A DNA stretch of 64,000 bases. It comes from Chiloscyllium plagiosum. Its lineage: Eukaryota. A program made the translations under genes and the position numbers. Below the pieces are notes generated by a model. That model worked only from the letters and a program-made list of their open reading frames with translations. It was not told the origin of the DNA and searched no databases. Of this stretch, positions 1-11,224 are shown piece by piece. How positions within the stretch are numbered: the stretch's first letter is position 1; each line of letters begins with the position of its first letter. The stretch lies in contig NC_057718.1 of assembly GCF_004010195.1 (NCBI RefSeq), positions 91,265,916-91,329,915 of the forward strand. Direction: 5' to 3'.

Positions 1-1250
1 TATCCTCCTATTCCTGCCCTCACTAGCCCGTTGCACCGAGAGTACTACCCTTGAGGACCTTTTTAAATTTCTGCCTAACTCTTTGTAATCTCATTTCAGA
101 ATCTCAACCTTTTCCCTTCCAATGTCGTTGGTTCCAATGTGGACAATGACCTCTTGCTGGCCCCTCTCCCCCATGAGAACATTCTGCACCCTCTCTGAGA
201 CATCCTTGATCCTGGCATCAGGGAAACAACACACCATTCTGCTTTTTCTCTGCTGGCCACAGAAACGTCTGTCTGTACCTCTGACTACAGAATCCCCTAA
301 CACGATTGATCTCTCATTGCATTATAGCCAGTCTCAATACCAGAAACTTGGCTGTTCGTGCTACGTTCCCCTGAGAATCCATCACCCCCTACATTTTCCA
401 AAACAGCATACCTGTTTGAAAAGGGTATATCCACAAAAGACTCCTGCCCTAGGTGCCGACCTCTCTCACCCTTCCCGGAGTTAACCCATCTATGTGACTG
501 TATCTGAGACTTTCCCCCCTTCCTATAACTGCCATCTATCACATACTGTTGCTGTTGCAAATTCCTCATCGCTTCTCTCCGTCTCTCCAACCGATCCACT
601 CGATCTGATACAATTCGCATCCAACAGCATTTATGGCAGATATAATCCGCAGTAGCCCTTAAACTCTCTTTAAACTGCCACATCTGACAAGTACATATCA
701 CTGCAAAGGCCATTTTTGCTCCTTCACAATCTACAGACCCAGAAAATAACACCATCTTATTCCTCTACAAACACTGCCCCAGGTTAAATTAATAGCTATG
801 GCTTATATTTTAAGTTTCAAGGGACTTCTTTTGGACAGACTTAAAACAACAGCTAATTTATCTGATTCTGTGCTGTGAACTTCGCCCAACAGTTCCTCCA
901 AGATTAGTTGTGAATTTCACTGTTTGTTAATTTTCCCAGATGCACGCCGATGTTCAGCGATACACAAATTCAAACAGCGAAGGCAGTAACTGTGCAGGTT
1001 CTCTCTCTCTCTCTCCTGCATTGCCCTCACCATGTGCTTCCTTTGTCTACTCTTCTCCCTTTTAAAACTACTGTTGTTTTGACTTTTGTTTTTCCAAAGT
1101 TCCAAAACAATGCAACAGCATATAAAACAGTAATTGCTGCTCCTGGAATTCGAGGAAATCACCTCCAGCACCTAAAATACCTCAAAAAAAGGAGCAGCTC
1201 TTACAGCCAGAAATGTTTCCTGTCCTCCATCTTGGATTACCCAGAATCCT
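1..1250 (-). mobile_element. CR1 LINE 5' portion (5'UTR plus frameshifted ORF1 with Cys-rich N-terminus and SGNH esterase); continues off the window start
   Basis: ORF 297..755 has CxxC...CxxC and a coiled-coil-like segment. ORF 91..303 has GDSVVRG and HIGTNDIG esterase blocks. A CAAGATGG motif marks the putative 5' end near 1228-1235. Confidence 0.85.
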
Positions 1251-2577
1251 TGGAAGGGACGCAGTTCCACCTGAGTTCCAGGATAAAGGTAGCTGGGTGA
1301 CAGTCAGAAGAGGGAGAGGGAATAATCAGCCACTGCAGGGATCCCAGTGGCCATTCCCCTCAATAATAAGTCTACTGCTTTGGTTTCAGCAGAGGAGACA
1401 ACCTACCAGGGGAAAGTCACAGCGGCCAGGTCTCTGGCACTGAGCCTGGCTCTGTAGCTCAGAAGAGAAGGGGGAGAATAGGAGCGTGATATTGATAGGA
1501 GATTCAATGGTTAGGGGAACAGACAGGGGATTCAGTCGTCATGAACGAGACTCCTAGATGGCATGTTGCCTTCTAGGTATCAGGGTCAGGGATGTCTCGG
1601 ATTGAGTCTACAGGATTCTTAAGGGGAGGATGAGCAGTCAGCAGTCGTGCTACACATCGATACCGATGACATAGCTAGGAAAAGGGATGAGGACCTGAAA
1701 TATGGAGTTAGGTTGGAAGCTAAAAGGCAGGACAAGCAGAACATAATTTCAGAATTGCTACTCGTGCCAGGGGTTAGTGAAGCTAAGAACAGAGAGTAAG
1801 TGCAACTGAACATGTGGCTGCAGAGCTGGTATAGGAGGGAGAGCTTCAGATATGTGGATCATTGGGCTACCTTCTGGGGAAGGTGGAACATGTACAATGA
1901 GGACGTGTACCAATATCCTGGGGAAGAGGTTTGCTAGAGCTCTTCCAGTGGGTTTAAACTAGTTTACCAGGGGAATGGGAACCAGAGCTACAGATCAGAG
2001 GATGGTGTAGCTGGTTAACAGGCAGATACAGCGTGCAGAGTCAGTAAGGAAGGTTAAGACAGTTGATAGGGCAAAGTTGCAGTGTGATGGGTCGAAGAGA
2101 GTCTATTTTAATGCAAGAAGTGTCAGGAGTCATGAACTTAGAGAATGGATCAGTACTTGCTGCTATGACGTTGTGGCCAATACAGAGACTTGGATATCAC
2201 AGGGCAGGAATGGTTGTTGGATGTGCTGGGGTTCAGATGTTTCAATAGGGAGGGAGGTAAAAGAGGTGGGGAAGTGGCATTGCTAATCAGGGATAGTATA
2301 ACAGCTGCAGAATGAGATGTCATTGAGGAGGGATTGTCAACTGAGTCAGTATGAGTGGAAGTCAGAAACAGGAAAGGAGCAGTCACTTTATTGGGAGATT
2401 TCTATAGACCCCTGAAAGCAACAGAGACAGAGGAGCAGGTTGGGAGGCAGATTATGGAAAGGTGCAGAAGTAACAGGGTTGTCGTCATAGTGACTTCAAC
2501 TTCCCTAATGTTGATTGGAACTTCCCTAGTGCAAATAGATTGGATGGAGCAAATTTTGTCAGCTGAGTCGAGGAAGG

Positions 2578-2830
2578 AATGGGCTCAGTGGTTAGCATTG
2601 CTGCCTCACAGCACCAGGGATCCGAGTTCAATTCCAGCCTCGGGTGACTGTCTTTGTGAAGTTTGCACATTCTCCCAGTGTCTGTGTGGATTTCCTCCAG
2701 GTACTCCGGTTTCCTCCCACAATCCAAAGATGTGCAGGTTAGGTGAATTGGCCATGCTAAATTGCCCATAGTGTTCAGGGATGTGTAGGTTAGGTTCATT
2801 AGTCAGGGGTAAATATAGGATAGGGGTTAC
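2578..2830 (+). mobile_element. HE1/V-SINE (3'-truncated) inside CR1
   Basis: tRNA-like head GGCTCAGTGGTTAGCATTGCTGCCTCACAG...GTTCAATTCC and V-domain TCCGGTTTCCTCCCACAATCCAAAGATGTGCAGG. Confidence 0.9.
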
Positions 2831-2912
2831 AAGGTAGCCAGGAAGGAAGTGAAGAATGGACTTAGGAGAGCTAGAAGGGGGGCATAACAAAGCCTTGTTG
2901 GGTAGGATTAAG

Positions 2913-3032
2913 GAAAGGTTTTTGCCCGAAACATCAATTTTCTTGCTCCTTGGATGCTATCTGACCTGCTGTGCTTTTCCAGCACCACACTCTCGACTCT
3001 AATTTCCAGAATCTGCAGTCCTCAGTTTCACC
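2913..3032 (+). mobile_element. PLE family 1 terminal (pLTR) fragment
   Basis: Matches the terminus of the GIY-YIG element at 51270-51398. Flanked by direct repeat TAGGATTAAG (2903-2912, 3033-3042). Confidence 0.8.
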
Positions 3033-4192
3033 TAGGATTAAGAAAAAAACCCAAAGCATTCTACATTTATGGGAGGAACAAGAGGATGGCCGGAGTGAAG
3101 GGAGAGCCGATCAGGGATTGTGAAGGGAACTTGTAACTGGAGTCGGAGGAGGTAGGGGAGATCCTTAATAAATAGTTTGCTTTAGTATTCTCTACTGAGA
3201 GGGACCTTGTCATTCGTGAGGACAGCGTGAAACAGGTTGATATGGTCAAACAAGTTGATGTTAAGAAGGAGGATCTGCTACCTCCTTGAGGAAATTTTGA
3301 AAAACATGAGGATAGATAAGTCCCCCCAGATCAGACGGGATATACCCAAGGTTACTATGAGATACGAGGGAAGAGATTGCTGTGCCTTTAGCAATGATCT
3401 TTGCGTCCTCACTGTCCACTGGAGTAGTACCAGGTGATTGGAGGGTAGCAAATGTTATTCCCTTGTTCAGAAAGGGAATAGGGATAATCCTGGGAATTAC
3501 AGGCCAGTCAATCTTACATCGATGGTGGGCAAATTATTGGAGAGGATTCTGCAAGACAGGATTTATGATTATTTGGAAAAGCGTAGTTTAATTAGAGATA
3601 GTCAGCATGGCTTTGTAAGGGGCAAGTCATATCTCACAAGCTTTATTGAATTCTTTAAGGATGTGACAAAACACATTGATGAAGGTAGAACAATGAATGT
3701 GGTGTATATGGAGTGTAGCAAGGCATTTGATAAGGTTCCCATGGTAGGTTCATTCAGAAAGAAAGGAGGCATGGAATACAGGGAAATGTGCCTGTTTGGA
3801 TACAGAATTGGCTGGCCCATAGAAAACAGAGAGGGTGGTAGTATTCAGCCTGCAGATTGGTGACCAGTGGTGTTTCTCAGGGATCTGTTCTGGGACATCT
3901 ATTCTGGTTTTTATAAATTCTTTGGATGAGGAAGTGGAAGGGTGAGTTGGTAGGTTTACTGATGACACAAAGGTTGGTGGAGTTGTGGATATTGTGGAGG
4001 ACTGTTGTAAGTTGCAACGGAACATTGACAGGATGCATAGTTGGGCTGAGAACTGGAGGATGGAGTTCAAACTGGAAAAGTGTGAAGTGAATGCAGATTA
4101 CATGCTTAAAGGCAGGATTCTTGGCAGTGTGGAGCAAAGGGGAATCTTGGGGTCCATATCCAAAGATCCATCAAAGTTGCCACCCATGTTGA

Positions 4193-4277
4193 AGAAGTCC
4201 TTATGCCTAGAATGTTGATTCTCCTGCTTCTCAGATGCTGCATGAACTGCTGTGCGTTTCTAGCACCACACTTTTCA
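4193..4277 (+). mobile_element. PLE family 1 terminal fragment
   Basis: Same terminal sequence, more diverged. TSD ACCCATGTTGA (4182-4192, 4278-4288). Confidence 0.8.
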
Positions 4278-4914
4278 ACCCATGTTGATAATGTTGTTAA
4301 GGTGTATGGTGTGTTGGCTTTCATTAGCAGAGGGATTGAGTTAAAGAGCTGCAAGGTTATGCTGCAGCTCTATAAAGCCCTGGTTGGACCACACTTGGAA
4401 TATTGTGTTCTGGTCACCTCATTATAGGAAGGATGTAGAAGCCTTAGAGAGGATGCAGAGGAGATTTACCAGGATGCTGCCTGGACTGGAGGGAATGTAT
4501 TCTGAAGAAAGGTTGAGGGAGCTAGGTCTCTGCATTGGAGCCAAGAAGGATGAGAGTTGACTTGATAGAGGTGTTCATGATGAGAGGCTTAGAGTAAATA
4601 ACCAGATACTTTTTCCAAGGGTGAAAATGGCTGTCATGAGGGGGCGTAATTTTAAGGTGATTGGAGGAAGGTTTAGGAGATATGACAGAGATAGGTTCTT
4701 TGCACAAAGACTGGTGGGTGTGTGGAATGTACTGCCAGCAGCGGTAGTAGAGTCAGATACATTGGGGACATTTAAACAACTCTTGGGTAGACACATGTAT
4801 GATCGCAAAATGAAGGGTAAGTAAGTTAGTTTGATTTTTGAGTGGCACAACATTGAGGGCCGATAGGCCTGTATTGTGCTGTACTGTTCTATGTTCCAAG
4901 TTTTAAGAATACAT

Positions 4915-5465
4915 CAGAAACTGGAAATTCTGCAATAATTAACTCACTTCCTGACTCAAAGTCTTTTCTCCACATACAAAGCCCATCAGGGCTATGATAG
5001 AAGGTTCTCCATTTGCCTGGATGTTTGTAGCTCCTACCACATTCAAGTAGCTTAATACTGCCATCCAGGACAAAGCATCCCTCCTGATTGATACTCACCA
5101 ACTGCTTTAAGCATTCACTTTCTCAAAGACAAGTTACCTTCAACCAACATCAATGCAGAATCCATCAACGATCAGCAGCTTCAAAACTCATGACAACTAT
5201 CACTTAGAAGGGCAAGGGCAGTAAATGCATGGGGATAACCTGCCTACAAGTTCCCCTCAAACGTCACATACCACTGACTTGAAACTATATCACTGTTACT
5301 TCATTGTTACTATCAAAATCATGGATCTCCCTCCCTGACAGCACGGGATTTCCCTATACCAGGTGGATTGCATTCAAAAAAGTAGCTCACGAACATCTTG
5401 TCAGATACAAGTAGGTATGGGCAACAAATGTTAGCCTTGCTAACAATGCTCATCCCATGAAGTAA
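4915..5465 (+). mobile_element. 3' fragment of a second CR1/L2-group LINE family
   Basis: Homologous to 17910-18500 (minus). Ends in GGGCAACAAATGTTAGCCTTGC...CATCCCATGAA tail. Confidence 0.7.
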
Positions 5466-6480
5466 TCATTTTTCAAAATTGTACTTAAGGGTATTTAAGG
5501 GAGTCTAGATAGGAATATGAAGGATTTGGTGATAGGGTTAAATGAAGTAGGTTACAAATTTTTTTATATCTAAAAGTGCTGTGACATGCAACTGAATTTT
5601 TCCTCATCATCACAATATTATTTTGTTCATCTATTAACCAGTACATTACAAGTTTATATGATCAGTATACATATTAAGAATAAGTCATTTGGCCTCAAGC
5701 ATGCTCTGCCATTCAATTAGATTATGGCAAATCTAATAGTGTTCTCATTTCCTGTCTCCCACACCCTCACAACCAACATCCACTGCCCCCTCCAAAACAA
5801 CCTATGACTTCCAAGTCAAAAATCTACTGGTGAGTTAATATTCAACAGCTTTGTCTCCAACACTGAGGTAGGTAAGAGAATTCCAAATGCCCAGACAGCA
5901 CCCTCTGAAGAAAAACAAAAAAAAATCTCATATGTATGGAGGAGGAGAGTAGGAGGGCACTCATGTACACAATAAGTGTTAGCATAGACCAGTTGGTCTG
6001 AATGAACTATTTTTATGCTGTACATTTGATGTAACTCAACATGTGTTCTGTTAGCTTTTAAAAGTGGATTACAGATAGTAATTCATTTTCAGATTCAGAA
6101 GCCAAAAATGTGCAAGCTTTGACGTTATCTCAAATTCTTGCTTGATTTCGGTACTTTGTAGTTCCAAAAATGTTTACGTAATCTCAACAAATGTTAGCAA
6201 TTCATTGTTTGACAAATATTTCAAACTGTAAAGGAAAATAGTGCAAGGTTTGCTATATTTAAAATTATTACAACATTAGGTTGTTTTCCACAAAGACCCT
6301 GTTTTGTATAAATTCTGTACTTTAACAGAAGTAACAGCTGTCTTGAAAATGCTAACTGTACTATAGTTAGTTACATGTAAGTAGTCAAATAAAGACCCAT
6401 ACTAGATGTTCTGATTGACTAAATAAACATTGGTTACCAACTTCTAAAGCAAACTTTAAACATTGTCTTTTTGTGTTCAG

Positions 6481-6520
6481 GTCTCAGGATTTTTTGCCCT
6501 ACATTTTTAATCTTTATCCG
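6481..6520 (+). CDS. CFAP61: CFAP61 internal coding exon (40 nt): (R)SQDFLPYIFNLYP
   Basis: Acceptor ttgtgttcAG and donor GTAAGT. Ends in phase 0 and joins DKDYCVI in the next exon, as in the vertebrate CFAP61 segment RSxDF...F.DK.(Y/F)CVI. Confidence 0.85.
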
Positions 6521-8775
6521 GTAAGTGAATTTTAAATACTTTTCTGAATCAGTATTATTTTTTTCTTATTCATTCATGGCAGGTGAATGTAGCTGGCTGG
6601 GTCAGCATTTATTGCACATGCTTGCGGTTTTCCGAAACACTTAGGCTACATCATAATACATCTTGTATGAAGATTTTGTACTGACCTGTCCAAGCTACAA
6701 GAATTGCATGGTTTTTGTCCTGCTCTCATAACACACTCACTGCCTATCTTAAAAGCAAAATACGAAGACTAATCTTCATCCTGAAAGGTGAATTGACATC
6801 ACATCAAACAATCTATAAATAATTGAGTTAAAGCTGAATACAGTATCAAATCCATTCAGATCTCTTTGGGCCTTTGGGAAAAAAACCCGTGCTTGGCCCA
6901 AATGGAATAAAGTAGATTTAAAAGCGAATTTTTTCTTCCCAAAGGACCTGAACTCAGTACGTCTGCAGGTCCACTTTCAAAAGGATATTCAGCTTCTGGA
7001 TGTGTGGATAAAGGATACATGACCCTGTAATAGAATAATTTGAGGTGTGTCTCAAATTTGTTTTCTGTCCATGATGGCTTCAATTTTAATCTTTGAGATA
7101 GGTTACAGAAATTGGGAAAATACCTGACTTTCCTTACCCTCCTCAGTAGAAAGTGCATGCAAAGATATGATCATCATTGCCAGTCAGTCATTGGGTGCAG
7201 CACTAAGTCAGGTCAGCTGACCTGGGAAGCAGGGTTGGCAGGTGCCAAGGCAGACCGTTCCAAAGGCTTGTTTTGATATTGTGAGAGTTATTCCAGTTAC
7301 AATGAAACATTAAGGCCCTGAAGCCTTTCTGTTCCACATTCCTGTTCATGTCCCAAACAGACCTCAAGCCCCATTCCTGCCACCTCATACTTCTGTATCA
7401 GGTTATAACCCTCCACTCCACTCATTTTCCCTATGCCAAGCAATGGCACTTCCATTCACTGTACACTGTATAGAACCAATAAGCCCACAGTGACATTAGA
7501 GTCTGTAAAATACCTGCAAGATTGTCAATTATTCATTCCTTTTCAGCACGTTAAAATAAAAACATCATTTTATTCCAGGTCAATAAAAGTATCAATCCAT
7601 CCATAGAGTTTACGGCATCACTAATAAAGAATGTAAACTCCTGAAATCTCTGAACCTTGATAAATTAACATTGGCATTTGACAGCAGAGTTTAGAATGCT
7701 AGAACAGTCAAGCAATTTTTGCCCTTGGTTCAGGCGTTTCTACAAAATAATGGATTTCTGGGCTCTTGATCAAGCCTCATTATATTTTAAGGGTAGATCA
7801 GAGAACAGGGTTAAAATAAACTAGGACAGCAGGTGCAGATGCTGTTGTAAACCCCAAATCACCTCTGAAAAATCAATCATGGAGCTGACCAATTAGAAAA
7901 GGCTTGAACCCTGCATACATGGGACAGATGAATTCTGGGAAACCTGCTCCTCTAATCAGAAAATGCCCAAACCTTATCAGGGTCTGAGTGACATGGCAAT
8001 GGTGAGATTTATGGTAGAATCAGATAATCAGTATAATGTGGCTCAATGTTGGGAGTATCTCAGCTTTGACTGGCAGAATGGCAAATTTCTCACTAGGCAG
8101 CAATTTCCAATTAAGGGAGATTATTACTTGATAAATGTAATGTCAGCAGTCCAATATACCTCATTAATATGCAGGTTCCTTTCAATCTAAATGCATTAAA
8201 CAAGCTAGACATCAAGAAAACTCAACTTGGAAATCAGAATGGCTACCTGGCAAATTCAACTTGCCACTTACTCCAAGGATCTACGTGTTGAACACAGCAG
8301 CAATATCTGAGGGCATGCTGTATGAACCCTGGCCAACACACCCCATGTCCACATGCATTGGTATCTGATATGTGCCAGCATCCAAGAACATTCATGTCAC
8401 TTACAGTGTGCATCAACACCAATGCTGCACCTCAGGGTGCAATGACAACTATCATTATAATGCTACAGCAAAAACACTGTGCTCAGAGACACACGCCTGG
8501 CTCATGGACTGGACATGGCTGGATCTCTGGGCTCTTCACTCACTGTTAGTAGTGCTTACTCACTGAGCTTATCTAGATGCTGACACCAGTCCTGCCTTGC
8601 ATCACCTTACCTTTTTGCATTTTGCCACTCAGCCAGGGACACTAAGTTCACACTGCTGCTATATTGCTGTACGATTCAGCACAGGAAGCTTGTCATGGTT
8701 GTCAGCAGGCCTCAGTCAGGTCAAAAGGGATAAGCTTCTGAAATAACTACACAGAGGCAGGTATCCCATCACTAA

Positions 8776-8811
8776 GGCCCTGGCCCTGGCCCTGGCCCTG
8801 GCCCTGGCCCT
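8776..8811. repeat. (GGCCCT)6 hexamer microsatellite inside the LTR 3' part
   Basis: Six perfect units read directly. Confidence 0.95.
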
Positions 8812-8880
8812 GGCTATGGCTATCCTGCAGCTCAGAGTCAGTCACCTGAACTAAGGAGAGTTTCATTTTATGGTTATATA

Positions 8881-10461
8881 TTTTTTTCTTTTTTTTGTTA
8901 CAGATGTTGTGCTTATTTTTCCCCAGCACCCATGTCATGTGTTTGCAGGTGTCAGACACAGTGAAAAACAACAAGTGTGTAGATCTTTATTTATATTCCA
9001 CCACCAGGAAGAAAGGAAAATCTTCTGGTTATATACTTTTTTATTTTTTTTTGCGGTAATGCTTATTTTTTTCCCCAGCACCTATGTTATGCGTGTGCAA
9101 GTGTGAGACGCAGTGAGAGACACAAGGTGCACAAATCTTTATTCAGTTTCCACCACCAGGAAGAAAAGAAGTACCCAAGTGGCCAGTGAAAGCAGTGCCC
9201 TTGACATCAAAGGGCAATGCTGTGTGATCAAACAGTGAAGGGGAGGTCAGGGATTAAATCAAAATCTTCTGGTTATATTTTTTTGAGCATTTCAGCGATG
9301 GAGAGAGCTGCTGGATAAGCTCGGGGTGTTTTCTTTGGAAGAGGGAAGATTGAGGGGGAACCTGATAGAGGGGCAGAAGATGATGAGGGTTAAAATCAAA
9401 ATAGAATTGGAGGGGGAAATAATGCACTCCACTCCCTATGGAGAACACTTCTCTCTGAAAATGAGATTGTGATTTTTTTTCTTTTTTGTTGAAACCTCCT
9501 AACCCACCTAACTGCAGTAGTGTTTATATTTTCCCCAGCATCCATTTTGTGTGTACACAGGTGTGAGACACCATTAAATTATATATTTTTTTCACACACT
9601 GGTCCAGCTCCCTCAAGAGCTCTGTGTGAACAGAATGTCTGACAGTCCTGTTCCTTTTGTTTCACCCCCCACACTACCACCTAACTGCTGTCGCTTATTT
9701 ATTCCCCAGCACCCATGTTGTGTGTGTGCAGGTGTGAGACACTGTTAAATTATCTTTTTTTTCTTTTGAGGTTTTTAAGAAAATCAAAAAGGGAGTGCAA
9801 ACGCCCACACCCAATATATACATGGTCCACGGAACTCCTAGTTATATTTTTTTTTTTTTTCTTTTATAATTTAACCCCCACACTACCACCTAAGTGCGGT
9901 AGTGCTTGTTTTTTTCCCAGCACCCATGGGAGACAATGAGAGACACAAGGTGCACGAATCTTTATTCAGTTTCCACCACCAGGAAGAAAAGAAACACCCA
10001 AGTGGCCAGTGACAAGCAGTGCCCTTGACATCAAAGGGCAGTGCTGTGTGATCAAAACAGTGAAGGGGAGGGGAGGGACTAAATCAAAATAGAGTTGGAC
10101 TCTCCCCTCTTTTTTTTTTGGAAAACACCCAGGTGGCCAGTGACAAACACTGCCCTTCACATCAAGGGGCAGTGAACTTCTGGTTTTATTTTTCTCTTTT
10201 TTTTCTTCTTTCTTTTTTTTTCTTTTTTTTTTCTTTTATAATTTAACCCCCACACTACCACCTAAGTGCGGTAGTGCTTGTTTTTTTCCCAGCACCCATG
10301 GGAGACAATGAGAGACACAAGGTGCACGAATCTTTATTCAGTTTCCACCACCAGGAAGAAAAGAAACACCCGGGTGGCCAGTGACAAGCAGTGCCCTTGA
10401 CATCAAAGGGCAATGCTGTGTGAGCAGACAGTGAAGGGGAGGGCAGGGATTAAATCAAAAT
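8881..10461 (-). mobile_element. Head-to-tail array of ~8 5'-truncated, poly(A)-tailed 3' ends of a Tx1-clade (L1-like) non-LTR retrotransposon
   Basis: Repeated ~250-nt 3'UTR with AATAAA, two hairpins and A-tails. 9391-9459 (minus) translates FREKCSP*GVECIISPSNSILI, resembling Tx1-type ORF2 C-termini (recognition, not a search). Confidence 0.72.
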
Positions 10462-10641
10462 CTTCTGGTTATATTAGTCAGCCAGGGCTTTCCTAATTGG
10501 CCCAGGTTAACAACCTCAATCAATATCCACATAGACAATGAGGTGAACCTGATTCCAATCATTACAGCTTCGATCAGGTAATCCCAACACTGTAAGTCAA
10601 GGACAGCCTCTAACAACAGTCGAGAGGATTGGAAGCCATCA

Positions 10642-10985
10642 TAGAATCCCCACAATATGGAAACAGGCCATTTGGCTCAACAAGTCCACACCGACCGTCT
10701 AAAGAGTAATCCACCCAGATCCATTCCCCCACCCAATATTTACCCCTGACTAACGCACCTAACCTACACATCCCTGAACACTATGCACAATTTAACATGG
10801 CCAATTCACCTAACTTGCACATCTTTGGATTGTGGGAGGAAACCAGAGCACCCAGATGAAACCCAAGGAGACACGGGGAGAATGTGCAAATTCCATGCAG
10901 ACAGTCACCCAAGGCGGGAATCAAACCCAGCTCCCTGGCACTGTGAGGCATCAGTGCTAACCACTGAGCCACTTTGCTGCCATCA
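10642..10985 (-). mobile_element. HE1/V-SINE, full length
   Basis: Reverse complement of head, V-domain and GGCCTGTTTCCA tail; matches the other copies. Confidence 0.92.
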
Positions 10986-11224
10986 GTCAACCACTCAAGA
11001 CCAAAAGTCAGGATGCACTCCACAATAGTGGTGAGGAATCAAATGTCAGCGGGTCATCATCAGTCTTGACTCTTTCTGCTCTTCTGGAATGACAAGAGGC
11101 AGAGTTTGGGGGAGATTAAGCTGTTACTTTCCATGCAGGTGGGGAGGCATCTCAGGGGTTGATTATGGTGTGTAGAGTGCATGCAGGGTTAGTGATGTCA
11201 GGAGTTGGAATGGACATGAGTGAG

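Larger units (their letters stand above)
1251..4895 (+). mobile_element. Decayed CR1 LINE: partial ORF1 esterase, AP endonuclease, RT and 3' tail; interrupted by an HE1 SINE and two PLE fragments
   Basis: GDSMVRGTDR (~1495), YFNARS and ETW (~2100-2195), NYRPVNLTS, QHGF, KAFDKVP, FTDDTK (~3955). Tail tgtactgttctatgttc; many stops and frameshifts. Confidence 0.92.
8739..10566 (-). mobile_element. Solo LTR split at its TATA box by a ~1.6-kb insertion cluster
   Basis: Termini TGTA...TTCA on the minus strand. Identical 5-bp flanks GCTTC at 8734-8738 and 10567-10571. GGCCAAT followed by TAATATAA in the 5' piece (10462-10566). Confidence 0.8.

Noticed and set aside
8860..10475. CRISPR-like or satellite array
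   Set aside because: Eukaryotic context. Units vary in length, are A-tailed and share a 3' end, which fits retrotransposon insertions better than fixed-period repeats.
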